From positions 12,115-76,114 of the forward strand of contig JAUIJE010000018.1 in NCBI GenBank assembly GCA_030431455.1: a stretch of 64,000 nucleotides of DNA, written 5' to 3'. The notes under the pieces are model-generated. The model had not been told where the DNA came from. It saw only the letters and a program-made list of their open reading frames with translations, and ran no database searches. Below, one piece after another: positions 19,222 to 25,926 of this stretch (the first letter of the stretch is position 1; each line of letters starts with the position of its first letter). This DNA is from a bacterium (GTDB lineage Bacteria > Myxococcota > UBA727 > JAUIJE01). Made by a program: the position numbers and the translations under genes.

Positions 19222-19733
19222 CCATGGTTTGCAGTGACATCGAGGCGCTCATCGAGCCTTTCCGCGCACAGGCCCGCGCCCTCCTCGAGGAGCTCCACCG
19301 CAAGCGCATCCCGGTCAAACCGTTCGAGACGCACCGCGCGCTGCAGCGCTCTGCGTTCCTGTGGACGTTCGGCCGCGAGGGGAGGCGGCGGCACCTGCTC
19401 AAACGGACCAACGCAAAGCCGGGCGAGAGCGCCCACAACTGGGGCCTCGCACTCGACTGCGTGCTCGACGTGAAGGTGGTGCCCGTGCGACTCCGGGCGT
19501 GGCGCGGGCGCCGGGTCCCGGACGCGTGGGACAATGAGACCCCCGCGGCCAAAGAGGTGTGGGAGGCGTACGGGGGCGTGGTCCAAGCCCGCGGACTGGT
19601 GTGGGGCGGGACGTTCAACATCGGCGGCCGCCCCGACTTGCCGCACTGCGAGATGCCCAACTGGCGCAAGCACCGGCCGGAGAACTGGCGCCTCGAGGTT
19701 CAACGCGTGTTGAAGGCCGCGGGCGCAGCTTGA
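19218..19733 (+). CDS. endolysin, peptidase M15 (VanY/L-Ala-D-Glu peptidase-like)
   Basis: SAHNWGLALD (SxHxxGxAxD zinc-ligand motif) and a distal LPHCEM histidine. ATGA coupling to the fibre gene. Confidence 0.75.
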   Translation: MTMVCSDIEALIEPFRAQARALLEELHRKRIPVKPFETHRALQRSAFLWTFGREGRRRHLLKRTNAKPGESAHNWGLALDCVLDVKVVPVRLRAWRGRRVPDAWDNETPAAKEVWEAYGGVVQARGLVWGGTFNIGGRPDLPHCEMPNWRKHRPENWRLEVQRVLKAAGAA

Positions 19734-19747
19734 ACCGGTCGTAGCGT

Positions 19748-20110
19748 GTGGCCATGAGCACCCAACCCACCGCCGAGGTCGTCTGCGCCCAGGGCTGCCG
19801 CCATGGGACCCACGTTGTCCCCGCGTGGCGGGTTGCGTTGCCCGTCACCGTCGCGGCCGCGCTGGTGGAGCAGGGCAAAGCGTCCGCGCTCGAGCTCAAG
19901 ATCTACGGCGGCGGCGATGCGAAGGCGTTCGCGGCACCAGTGAAGGCGCTGAAGGCCGCGCAAAAGAAGGCTCTGGAGGACGCCGCTGCAGCCGCTCAGG
20001 CCGCGGAGCAGGCGGAGGCCGAGGCGAAGGCTGCCGAGGAAGCTGCAGCGGCTGAGGCGGCCCAGGAAACGCCCGAGGAGCCGGCAGCGGAGCCGGACGA
20101 GAAGGAGTAG
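19748..20110 (+). CDS. hypothetical protein with Ala/Glu-rich tail (120 aa)
   Basis: ORF with good codon bias. No TM helix and no recognised motif. Confidence 0.45.
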   Translation: MAMSTQPTAEVVCAQGCRHGTHVVPAWRVALPVTVAAALVEQGKASALELKIYGGGDAKAFAAPVKALKAAQKKALEDAAAAAQAAEQAEAEAKAAEEAAAAEAAQETPEEPAAEPDEKE

Positions 20111-20113
20111 CCC

Positions 20114-20473
20114 ATGCCCGCGTCCACCGTCGCTCTCGCCATCCAGACGTTCGACCATCCCCTCGACGGCGCCCTCGTCACGTCAGCGGCGGCCGCGGCC
20201 GGGAACAACTGCGGCCCCATCAGCAGCAAAATGCGGCTGTTCCTCTGGAATACCGGCGGCGTCTCGCGGACGGTGACCTTTTACGTCGACAAGTTCGGGG
20301 CCGAGGTGACGCTCAAGGTCATCACCCTCACCGCCGGCCAAAAGCTGGTGCTTGGCCCGTTCGACACCAAGGACTTCGCGAACCATGACACCACGGACGA
20401 CGCGGTCACCGGCAACCTGATGTTCCAGTCGAACTCGACCGACGTCCACATGGCGCCGTTCGAGCGGCCCTAG
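20114..20473 (+). CDS. hypothetical protein (119 aa)
   Basis: Starts 4 nt after the upstream stop. Beta-rich composition. Confidence 0.5.
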   Translation: MPASTVALAIQTFDHPLDGALVTSAAAAAGNNCGPISSKMRLFLWNTGGVSRTVTFYVDKFGAEVTLKVITLTAGQKLVLGPFDTKDFANHDTTDDAVTGNLMFQSNSTDVHMAPFERP

Positions 20474-20623
20474 ACAGCCGTTCAGTTTCGAACCGGCGAT
20501 TAGCACTCTGTGGGGTCGAGTGCCAATTTTAGAGAGCTATTCTGGAGCATTGCAGCAACGTTTTGCGTGCGATCCCAAACGTGACTATCTTGCCCCTAAG
20601 ACAAAAAGAACAGTGGGCACAAC

Positions 20624-20848
20624 ATGAGCAAAGACTTTCGGTCTCGGTTTCGGCGCGGGCGTCCCTTCTCGGAGGGAATCGCGTCAATCCTCGACGTGCT
20701 CGGCGCCGACGACCGCGACTTTGAAGACCTGCGCAAACTGAAGGACGACAGCGACGAAGAGCGGCTGGCGGCCGATTGGCGCCGAGTCGGCGCCGATGGA
20801 CACCGTGCGTTTGGCCGCTTCGCAAGCGAGCAGCCCGCGCATCGATGA
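20624..20848 (+). CDS. hypothetical small charged protein (74 aa)
   Basis: First gene after a GC-poorer spacer (20474-20623). ATGA-coupled to the next gene. Confidence 0.4.
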   Translation: MSKDFRSRFRRGRPFSEGIASILDVLGADDRDFEDLRKLKDDSDEERLAADWRRVGADGHRAFGRFASEQPAHR

Positions 20849-21324
20849 GCAACAAGAAGATCCGCGCGGACAAGGCCAAGAGTGGCCTCACCAAGCAGGC
20901 GCCGACCAAAACCAGAGACGCCGACTCGTCACCTCCGCAGCCAAGCGGGGAGTATTCGGCGCGCATGCGTCTCGAGCAGCAGAGCACAAACGGGTTTCTC
21001 CCGCCCCCAATGATGCTGCGTCAGTACGAAGAGGTCCTTGAGGGCTCCGCCGACCGCATGATGAAGATGTGGGAGAGCGAGGTGAGCAGTCGCCAGGAGT
21101 ATGATGACAAGCTCGCCACCGGCTACATGGCCAAGGTGAGGCGAGGGCAGTGGTTCGGGTTCATTGTCTGCCTGACGGCGATTGGCGCCGGAACGGTGCT
21201 CTCGCTGATGGGCTATCCCTGGGTTGGCGGAGGTTCACTGCTCACGGGCGGCGCCATCATGGCCACGGCCTTCCTTCGCGACATGCGCCATCGCGACGAC
21301 GACGACACCGACGAGTCGGCCTAG
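20845..21324 (+). CDS. DUF2335-like membrane protein (159 aa)
   Basis: LPPPMMLRQYEEVLEGSADRMMKMWESEV followed by two TM helices matches my recollection of the DUF2335 pattern (PPPxxLxxYExxxPGxAxRI). Confidence 0.55.
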   Translation: MSNKKIRADKAKSGLTKQAPTKTRDADSSPPQPSGEYSARMRLEQQSTNGFLPPPMMLRQYEEVLEGSADRMMKMWESEVSSRQEYDDKLATGYMAKVRRGQWFGFIVCLTAIGAGTVLSLMGYPWVGGGSLLTGGAIMATAFLRDMRHRDDDDTDESA

Positions 21325-21377
21325 AAGCACTTCTGAGCCTGGATTCGCAGCCGTTCCAGTTCGAGTCGCCAGGCTGG

Positions 21378-21719
21378 CTATCCGCCGTACCGCTTCTTGA
21401 AGTCGCCCTGCTCGACGGCCGCTATCGGCTTCTGGGACGGCACGGCCGCCAAATACATCCAGACCACCACCGGTGAAACAACGAGACCCAGCAAGACCGA
21501 CGCAATGGGACTGTACCCCTTCTTGTCTGCGACGAGGAAGTTGAGCGCCGACAGCACGATCGCACCGAGCACGACGGGGGTCGACATCCACGCCGGTGCA
21601 CTGAGCCAGGCGAAGGCGATCGCAATCGACTCTCGCTGAATGATCAACATCACGGCCAAGAGCCCAAGTAAGGAGATCAGAATCAGCGGGTTCGTCCCGC
21701 GCTTGTCATTCTCAGCCAA
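21378..21719 (-). CDS. small polytopic membrane protein (113 aa, 3-4 TM)
   Basis: TTG start preceded by GGGGGGGG. Hydrophobic helices PLILISLLGLLAVMLII, PVVLGAIVLSALNFLV and IASVLLGLVVSPVVVWMYLAAV. Last gene of the repressor operon. Confidence 0.55.
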   Translation of the reverse strand: MAENDKRGTNPLILISLLGLLAVMLIIQRESIAIAFAWLSAPAWMSTPVVLGAIVLSALNFLVADKKGYSPIASVLLGLVVSPVVVWMYLAAVPSQKPIAAVEQGDFKKRYGG

Positions 21720-21730
21720 GGTCCCCCCCC

Positions 21731-22060
21731 CTAGAAACAGTTCGCTTCCTGGACGCGAAGGCGCTCCAGGGCGCTCTCGTACTCCTGTTTTTTTCGTAGC
21801 GCGCTCGTGCCAGACGCCACATCCCTTGAGAGTTCGGCAGCGCGCAGGGTGAGCTCTGCCGTCTCCAGCGCCAACTCAGCCATGCGGATTCTGTGTTGTT
21901 GTGCGCCAACCGTCTCTGCGGCGTCTCGGCACGGGCCCAGTCCTACCGTTGCCCCGACCCTGGCGGGCCCCGCAAATGCCAACACGGCGATCGCAGCGCC
22001 GGCGATGGCCGCAACAATGAGGACGCCGGTGTTGCCACGCCCCGTGCTCTCGTCAGCCAA
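21731..22060 (-). CDS. single-TM coiled-coil protein (109 aa from TTG at 22060)
   Basis: The track ORF extends to 22126 but overlaps the repressor gene. An in-frame TTG at 22060 carries the same GGGGGGAC(C/T)TTGGCTGA initiation context as the downstream gene. TM helix VLIVAAIAGAAIAVLAFAG. Confidence 0.45.
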   Translation of the reverse strand: MADESTGRGNTGVLIVAAIAGAAIAVLAFAGPARVGATVGLGPCRDAAETVGAQQHRIRMAELALETAELTLRAAELSRDVASGTSALRKKQEYESALERLRVQEANCF

Positions 22061-22295
22061 AGTCCCCCCTTTCAGCCTCTTCCATGACCTCGCGATAGTC
22101 CTCGCCCGCGACGGCCGCGAGCGCAATCAGCACCATTGGATGGATCGGTGACTTGCCAGTTTCCCACAGGGATACCGTTGTAGGTGTCGTGCGAAGCTCG
22201 CGGGCCAGCCGGGCCTGCGACCACTCAAGCTTCGCCCGTAAGGCCTTGAATGCCTGAGGTGGCGCAGCACTGTACCCGTCGGCAATTCTCACCAT
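22053..22295 (-). CDS. XRE/cI-type HTH repressor
   Basis: LRAKLEWSQARLARELRTTPTTVSLWETGKSP is a typical HTH_3 motif. Divergent from the early/excision operon. Confidence 0.75.
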   Translation of the reverse strand: MVRIADGYSAAPPQAFKALRAKLEWSQARLARELRTTPTTVSLWETGKSPIHPMVLIALAAVAGEDYREVMEEAERGDFG

Positions 22296-22358
22296 CAGAA
22301 CGTAAGCCCGCTTGGTGTCTAGGGAAAATATTCCCCCACGTTGATTTTGCGGGTTGTC

Positions 22359-22387
22359 TTGACTTTCTTAAATGGTTTTATCACTAT
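22359..22387 (+). promoter_or_regulatory. candidate sigma70-type rightward promoter
   Basis: TTGACT (22359-22364), a 17-nt spacer, then CACTAT (22382-22387). The TTCGAG array begins about 4 nt downstream. Confidence 0.25.
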
Positions 22388-22390
22388 CGA

Positions 22391-22450
22391 TTCGAACCTA
22401 TTCGAGTTTTGACGAGTTTGTTCGAGTTCATTCGAGTTTGTTCGAGACTG
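22391..22450. promoter_or_regulatory. six tandem 10-bp units with a TTCGAG core (candidate operator/iteron array)
   Basis: TTCGAAccta TTCGAGtttt GACGAGtttg TTCGAGttca TTCGAGtttg TTCGAGactg, exactly phased at 10 bp, in the repressor/early divergent region. Confidence 0.6.
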
Positions 22451-22504
22451 TACAACCTTGTAAGTCCTCGAAATAACTGTTGAAATCCAAGGAGGCCTCG
22501 CGCT

Positions 22505-22612
22505 ATGAAAAGGTGGTGGGCACATCTCGAAGTCAAATTTTGGGGACACTGGACGATCGTTTTCGGGATCGCCCGGCTCCCACAAAAACAGGGAGATCTC
22601 GTTTTGAGTTGA
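22505..22612 (+). CDS. candidate 35-aa Trp-rich micro-ORF (MKRWWAHLEVKFWGHWTIVFGIARLPQKQGDLVLS)
   Basis: AAGGAGG at 22489-22495, 9 nt before the ATG at 22505. Below the length cutoff of the ORF track. Confidence 0.3.
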   Translation: MKRWWAHLEVKFWGHWTIVFGIARLPQKQGDLVLS

Positions 22613-22730
22613 CGAGTTAGGACCGCCCGCCGCACGCGCCCCGGCGGCTGAACGGATCCACAAAAGAACCGGCCGTCTCCCGCCTGGCAGCAATCGACGA
22701 CCGGTCACTGAGCCCAAGAAAGGGGCTGGG

Positions 22731-23021
22731 ATGCAGGGTAAGCAGGAAGAAGCGGATGCACAAGAGCGAAAGCAGAGGAAGCGATCGCGGCCTACCATTG
22801 GGCGCGACGGCCGGCGCTTCGGCGACCCTGACTTCATGGGGGACGCCGAGGTCGCAGAGATGTTCGGCGTTCATGTCGAGACGGTGCGCAAATGGGCGAA
22901 TGACGGCGTCATCCCTCATACCCGGCTGGGGATCGTCTACATCTTCTCACGTAGGCAAATGGTCGAGGCGTTCGACGCCCGGGCCCTTGCGGAGCAGGAG
23001 AAGCGGCGAGGTGAGCCATGA
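22731..23021 (+). CDS. excisionase-family/MerR-like HTH protein (cro-position early regulator)
   Basis: AEVAEMFGVHVETVRKWANDGVIPHTRLG is an HTH_17-like motif. Confidence 0.6.
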   Translation: MQGKQEEADAQERKQRKRSRPTIGRDGRRFGDPDFMGDAEVAEMFGVHVETVRKWANDGVIPHTRLGIVYIFSRRQMVEAFDARALAEQEKRRGEP

Positions 23022-23251
23022 CCCTCGCCTGGACTCACGACGAGCACGGCAACGCCGTGGCCACCACCGACGATGGCGTCACCTTCCGGGCTGAGCCGCT
23101 ATCCCCAGTTTGGCGCCTGATCGCCGTGCACCCGCAACACGGGCGGCTGATGCTGGGCCGACACACGTTCCTGCCCGACGCCAAACAGCACGCCGAGGAG
23201 CCGCGCAATTGGTCGTTGCTCTCGCGCCTCGGCGCAGCGGGGGGTTGGTGA
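23018..23251 (+). CDS. hypothetical early protein (77 aa)
   Basis: ATGA-coupled ORF. Confidence 0.4.
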   Translation: MTLAWTHDEHGNAVATTDDGVTFRAEPLSPVWRLIAVHPQHGRLMLGRHTFLPDAKQHAEEPRNWSLLSRLGAAGGW

Positions 23252-23445
23252 TGGAACCGATGAGCCCCGAGGACCTCGCCGAGGTGACCAAGGCGTTTGA
23301 GCCGACCAGTGCCGAGCCCGGCGCTGCGCGTGCTCAACGAGCCCGCCGACCCGTCCAGGCACGTCATCAACGACCTCAAGGCGAGCAACGCCTTCTTGCG
23401 ACAGCTGTGCCTGCGCCTCATCGGGATGCTGGAGGGCCGCGATGA
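23251..23445 (+). CDS. hypothetical early protein (64 aa)
   Basis: The ATG at 23251 overlaps the upstream TGA by 1 nt. Composition is weak. Confidence 0.3.
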   Translation: MEPMSPEDLAEVTKAFEPTSAEPGAARAQRARRPVQARHQRPQGEQRLLATAVPAPHRDAGGPR

Positions 23446-23660
23446 CTGACCTCCAACTCATCGAATCCGACGACGCTGCAGGCGCCAGCCTGATGACCTT
23501 CAAGCAGGTCGCCAAGCGCTTCGGCGTGTCCGAGGGGACCGTGCGCAACCTGGTGAAGCGCGGCGCACTCGAGATCGTGTGGCTCGACGGCATCCCGCGC
23601 TTCGACCCCGTCGACGTCGAGGCGTACATCCAGCGCAACAAGAAGAAACGGAAGAAGTGA
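23442..23660 (+). CDS. xis: excisionase (HTH_17 family)
   Basis: FKQVAKRFGVSEGTVRNLVKRGALEIVWLDGIPRFDPVDVEAYI. Immediately upstream of, and overlapping, the integrase start. Confidence 0.7.
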   Translation: MTDLQLIESDDAAGASLMTFKQVAKRFGVSEGTVRNLVKRGALEIVWLDGIPRFDPVDVEAYIQRNKKKRKK

Positions 23661-24754
23661 TGGGACGCGTCTACTCTCGCAAGAACTCGCCGTTTTGGTG
23701 GATAGCGTACGTCGACGCCCAAGGCGTTGAGCAGCGGCAGTCCTCCAAGTGCCGGGCGAAAGCCCAGGCCAAGGCGCTCCTCGTCGAAATCGAAGCGCGG
23801 GAGCAACGTCGCATGCGCGGGCTCGAGCCCGCCTCGCGCAACCCCGAGGGGCTGGTGCTCCGGGAGGTCGTTGAGAAGTGGATGGCCGAGCTGCCCGACG
23901 ACAGCCGGGAACAAACCACCTCCACGCTGCGCAAGCATGTGCTCTCTCACCGCGTCGCCGACGAGGACCTCGAGCACCTCACCACCGGCGCGCTCGAGGA
24001 CATGCGCCGCGAGCTCCTCGGCCGCGGCCTCTCCGCGGAGACCACCAACAAGGTCCGCACCTACCTCACCGCCGCCATCAACGGCGCCATCCGCCGGCAG
24101 CAGTTCTTCGGCGAGAACCCCGCGGCTCGGATGAAGCGGCTGAAACACGAGTCGCCCACGTTCGACTTCCTCACCACCGGCGAGATCCTCGCCGTCCTCG
24201 AGAGCCTCGACAGCTTTTGGGCTGCGTTCTTCGCCCTCGGCTCGTTCGGGTGCATGCGCCGCGACGAAATCCGTACGGCGCGGTGGGGCTCGAGCGTGTC
24301 GCCCGACCTGCGCACCGTCACCATCACCAAGACGAAGAGCAAGCGCCCGCGCCGCATTCCCCTCGTCGACCTGGCGCAACCGTTCCTCCGGGCCCAGCTC
24401 GAGGCCACGGAGGGCAGGGGGCTCATCTTCCCGTCGCCGGCCACGGGTAAGCTCCTGCACAAGACCGTTCCCGTGGCCAAGCGGCTGCGCGATGCCCTCG
24501 AGACTTTGGGCATCGAAAAGAACTGCCGCTTTCACGACCTCCGTCACAGCGGGGCGAGCATCCTGCTCATGGGTGGCGTGAGCCTTCCGACGGTGCAGGA
24601 CATCCTTGGGCACTCGAGCCCGAAGATCACATCGAACACCTACGCGCACACGACCCTCGAGGCGCAGCGCGCGGCGATGAACGCGGCCTTTGAGAGGGAC
24701 TTGGAAACCGCACAAAATCCGCACACCCCCAAAAAGAAAGGGCTCGCGAAATGA
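23660..24754 (+). CDS. int: tyrosine recombinase / phage integrase
   Basis: C-terminal catalytic signature HDLRHSGASILLMGGVSLPTVQDILGHSSPKITSNTYAH. Upstream Arg in FGCMRRDEI. Confidence 0.9.
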   Translation: MGRVYSRKNSPFWWIAYVDAQGVEQRQSSKCRAKAQAKALLVEIEAREQRRMRGLEPASRNPEGLVLREVVEKWMAELPDDSREQTTSTLRKHVLSHRVADEDLEHLTTGALEDMRRELLGRGLSAETTNKVRTYLTAAINGAIRRQQFFGENPAARMKRLKHESPTFDFLTTGEILAVLESLDSFWAAFFALGSFGCMRRDEIRTARWGSSVSPDLRTVTITKTKSKRPRRIPLVDLAQPFLRAQLEATEGRGLIFPSPATGKLLHKTVPVAKRLRDALETLGIEKNCRFHDLRHSGASILLMGGVSLPTVQDILGHSSPKITSNTYAHTTLEAQRAAMNAAFERDLETAQNPHTPKKKGLAK

Positions 24755-24775
24755 ACGCAAGCCCTTGGAATCTTT

Positions 24776-24852
24776 TGGCGGGGCGGACGGGACTCGAACC
24801 CGCGACCTTCGGCGTGACAGGCCGATGTTGTAACCAACTCAACTACCGCCCC
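24776..24852 (-). tRNA. tRNA-Asp (anticodon GTC)
   Basis: The reverse complement is GGGGCGGTAGTTGAGTTGGTTACAACATCGGCCTGTCACGCCGAAGGTCGCGGGTTCGAGTCCCGTCCGCCCCGCCA. Acceptor stem GGGGCGG/CCGCCCC, D stem GTTG/CAAC, anticodon stem TCGGC/GCCGA with loop CTGTCAC, T loop TTCGAGT, discriminator G, encoded CCA. Length 77 nt. Confidence 0.9.
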
Positions 24853-24891
24853 AAGCGGTGGACTGACATGTATGGAACGCGGGGGCACGCG

Positions 24892-25845
24892 TCAAGAGCG
24901 AAAGCGTTTGGAGCGTTTCTTTGCTTTTTTCGCCACCTGGGCGCGCCGCTTCTGCTTCTTCTTGTCCGACGGGGCGCGGCCCTTGCCGGGCGGTTGCTCG
25001 TCGTGGTGCTCGTCGATCGAGCCCGGGGCCAGGCCCAGGTCGAACACCGCGACCTCCCGTTTGCCCCGGTCGCCGAGCCGAAACGGGAACACGCTCGCGC
25101 CGACCCCCGCGCCGACGTAGACCGCGCCCGCCCCGCGGTCGCCGTACAGGCCGTGCACGTACCGGTGGCCGGCCAAGCGCCCGACCGCGAGTTCGTGCAG
25201 GCGGGCGACCGTGAGCTGGCCCGCGTGGGTGTGGCCGGACAGCACGAGGTCGACCCCGCCGGGCCACAGCCGGTCCGCTTCCTCTGCGATGTGCGACAGC
25301 CCGAGCGTGGGGATGCGCTGGTCGAGCCCCTTCAGGGCTTTGTCGACGTCGGCGTGCCCCGTGTAGGCGTCGTCGAGCCCGAGCACCTGCAAGCGCTCCC
25401 CGCGCACGGTGATGGTGGTGTGCGCGTTGTCGAGCAGCTCGACGCCGGCCTGCTGCAGGGCCCAGCGGACCTCGTCGGCCCCCGCCCAGTGGTCGTGGTT
25501 GCCGAGCACCGCGAAGGCGGGCGCGTCGAGGCCGGACAAGACCTCGATCAGCTGGTCGAGATAGAGCTGGCTGTGGGCGACAAAGTCGCCGGTGAGCGCG
25601 ACCACGTCCGCCTCGGTGAGGTTGGCGAGGGTGACGGCGTCGAGCTGGGCGGTGTGGGGCGTGACCCGGCCGACGTGTTGGTCGGTGATGTGCGCGACGC
25701 GGATGGGGCTGTCCCAACGTTGGCAGAACCGGTGCGGGCCGGCGAACCGGCGCAGGGCAAAGGACCGCGGAATGTCGCGGATGTGCTCAACCAAGACCGG
25801 GTCCTTCTTTGGCAGCCATGTCACCCACCTTAACAAACCGTGCAT
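24892..25845 (-). CDS. calcineurin-like metallophosphoesterase with Lys-rich C-terminal tail
   Basis: HITDQHVG, LTGDFVAH, GNHDHW and SGHTHAG motifs. Start chosen at MHGLLRWV; the track ORF extends to 25914. Confidence 0.75.
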   Translation of the reverse strand: MHGLLRWVTWLPKKDPVLVEHIRDIPRSFALRRFAGPHRFCQRWDSPIRVAHITDQHVGRVTPHTAQLDAVTLANLTEADVVALTGDFVAHSQLYLDQLIEVLSGLDAPAFAVLGNHDHWAGADEVRWALQQAGVELLDNAHTTITVRGERLQVLGLDDAYTGHADVDKALKGLDQRIPTLGLSHIAEEADRLWPGGVDLVLSGHTHAGQLTVARLHELAVGRLAGHRYVHGLYGDRGAGAVYVGAGVGASVFPFRLGDRGKREVAVFDLGLAPGSIDEHHDEQPPGKGRAPSDKKKQKRRAQVAKKAKKRSKRFRS

Positions 25846-25926
25846 CCGCCTTCGCTGCCACCGAGGGCTTGCCCTGAAGCTAACCAGCGGTGGCCGGTGG
25901 ACAACCGTTCGCAATGATAATGGATT

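Larger units (their letters stand above)
1..24775. mobile_element. HK97-like siphovirus-type prophage adjacent to tRNA-Asp (left boundary not recognisable inside the window)
   Basis: One long same-strand late operon (portal, prohead protease, capsid, connector, tail tube, chaperones, tape measure, fibre, endolysin) is followed by a repressor/excisionase/integrase module. The integrase stop at 24754 lies 21 nt from the 3' end of tRNA-Asp. Confidence 0.85.

Noticed and set aside
23099-24760. 553-aa minus-strand ORF
   Set aside because: It is antisense to the excisionase and integrase genes, which have unambiguous motifs.
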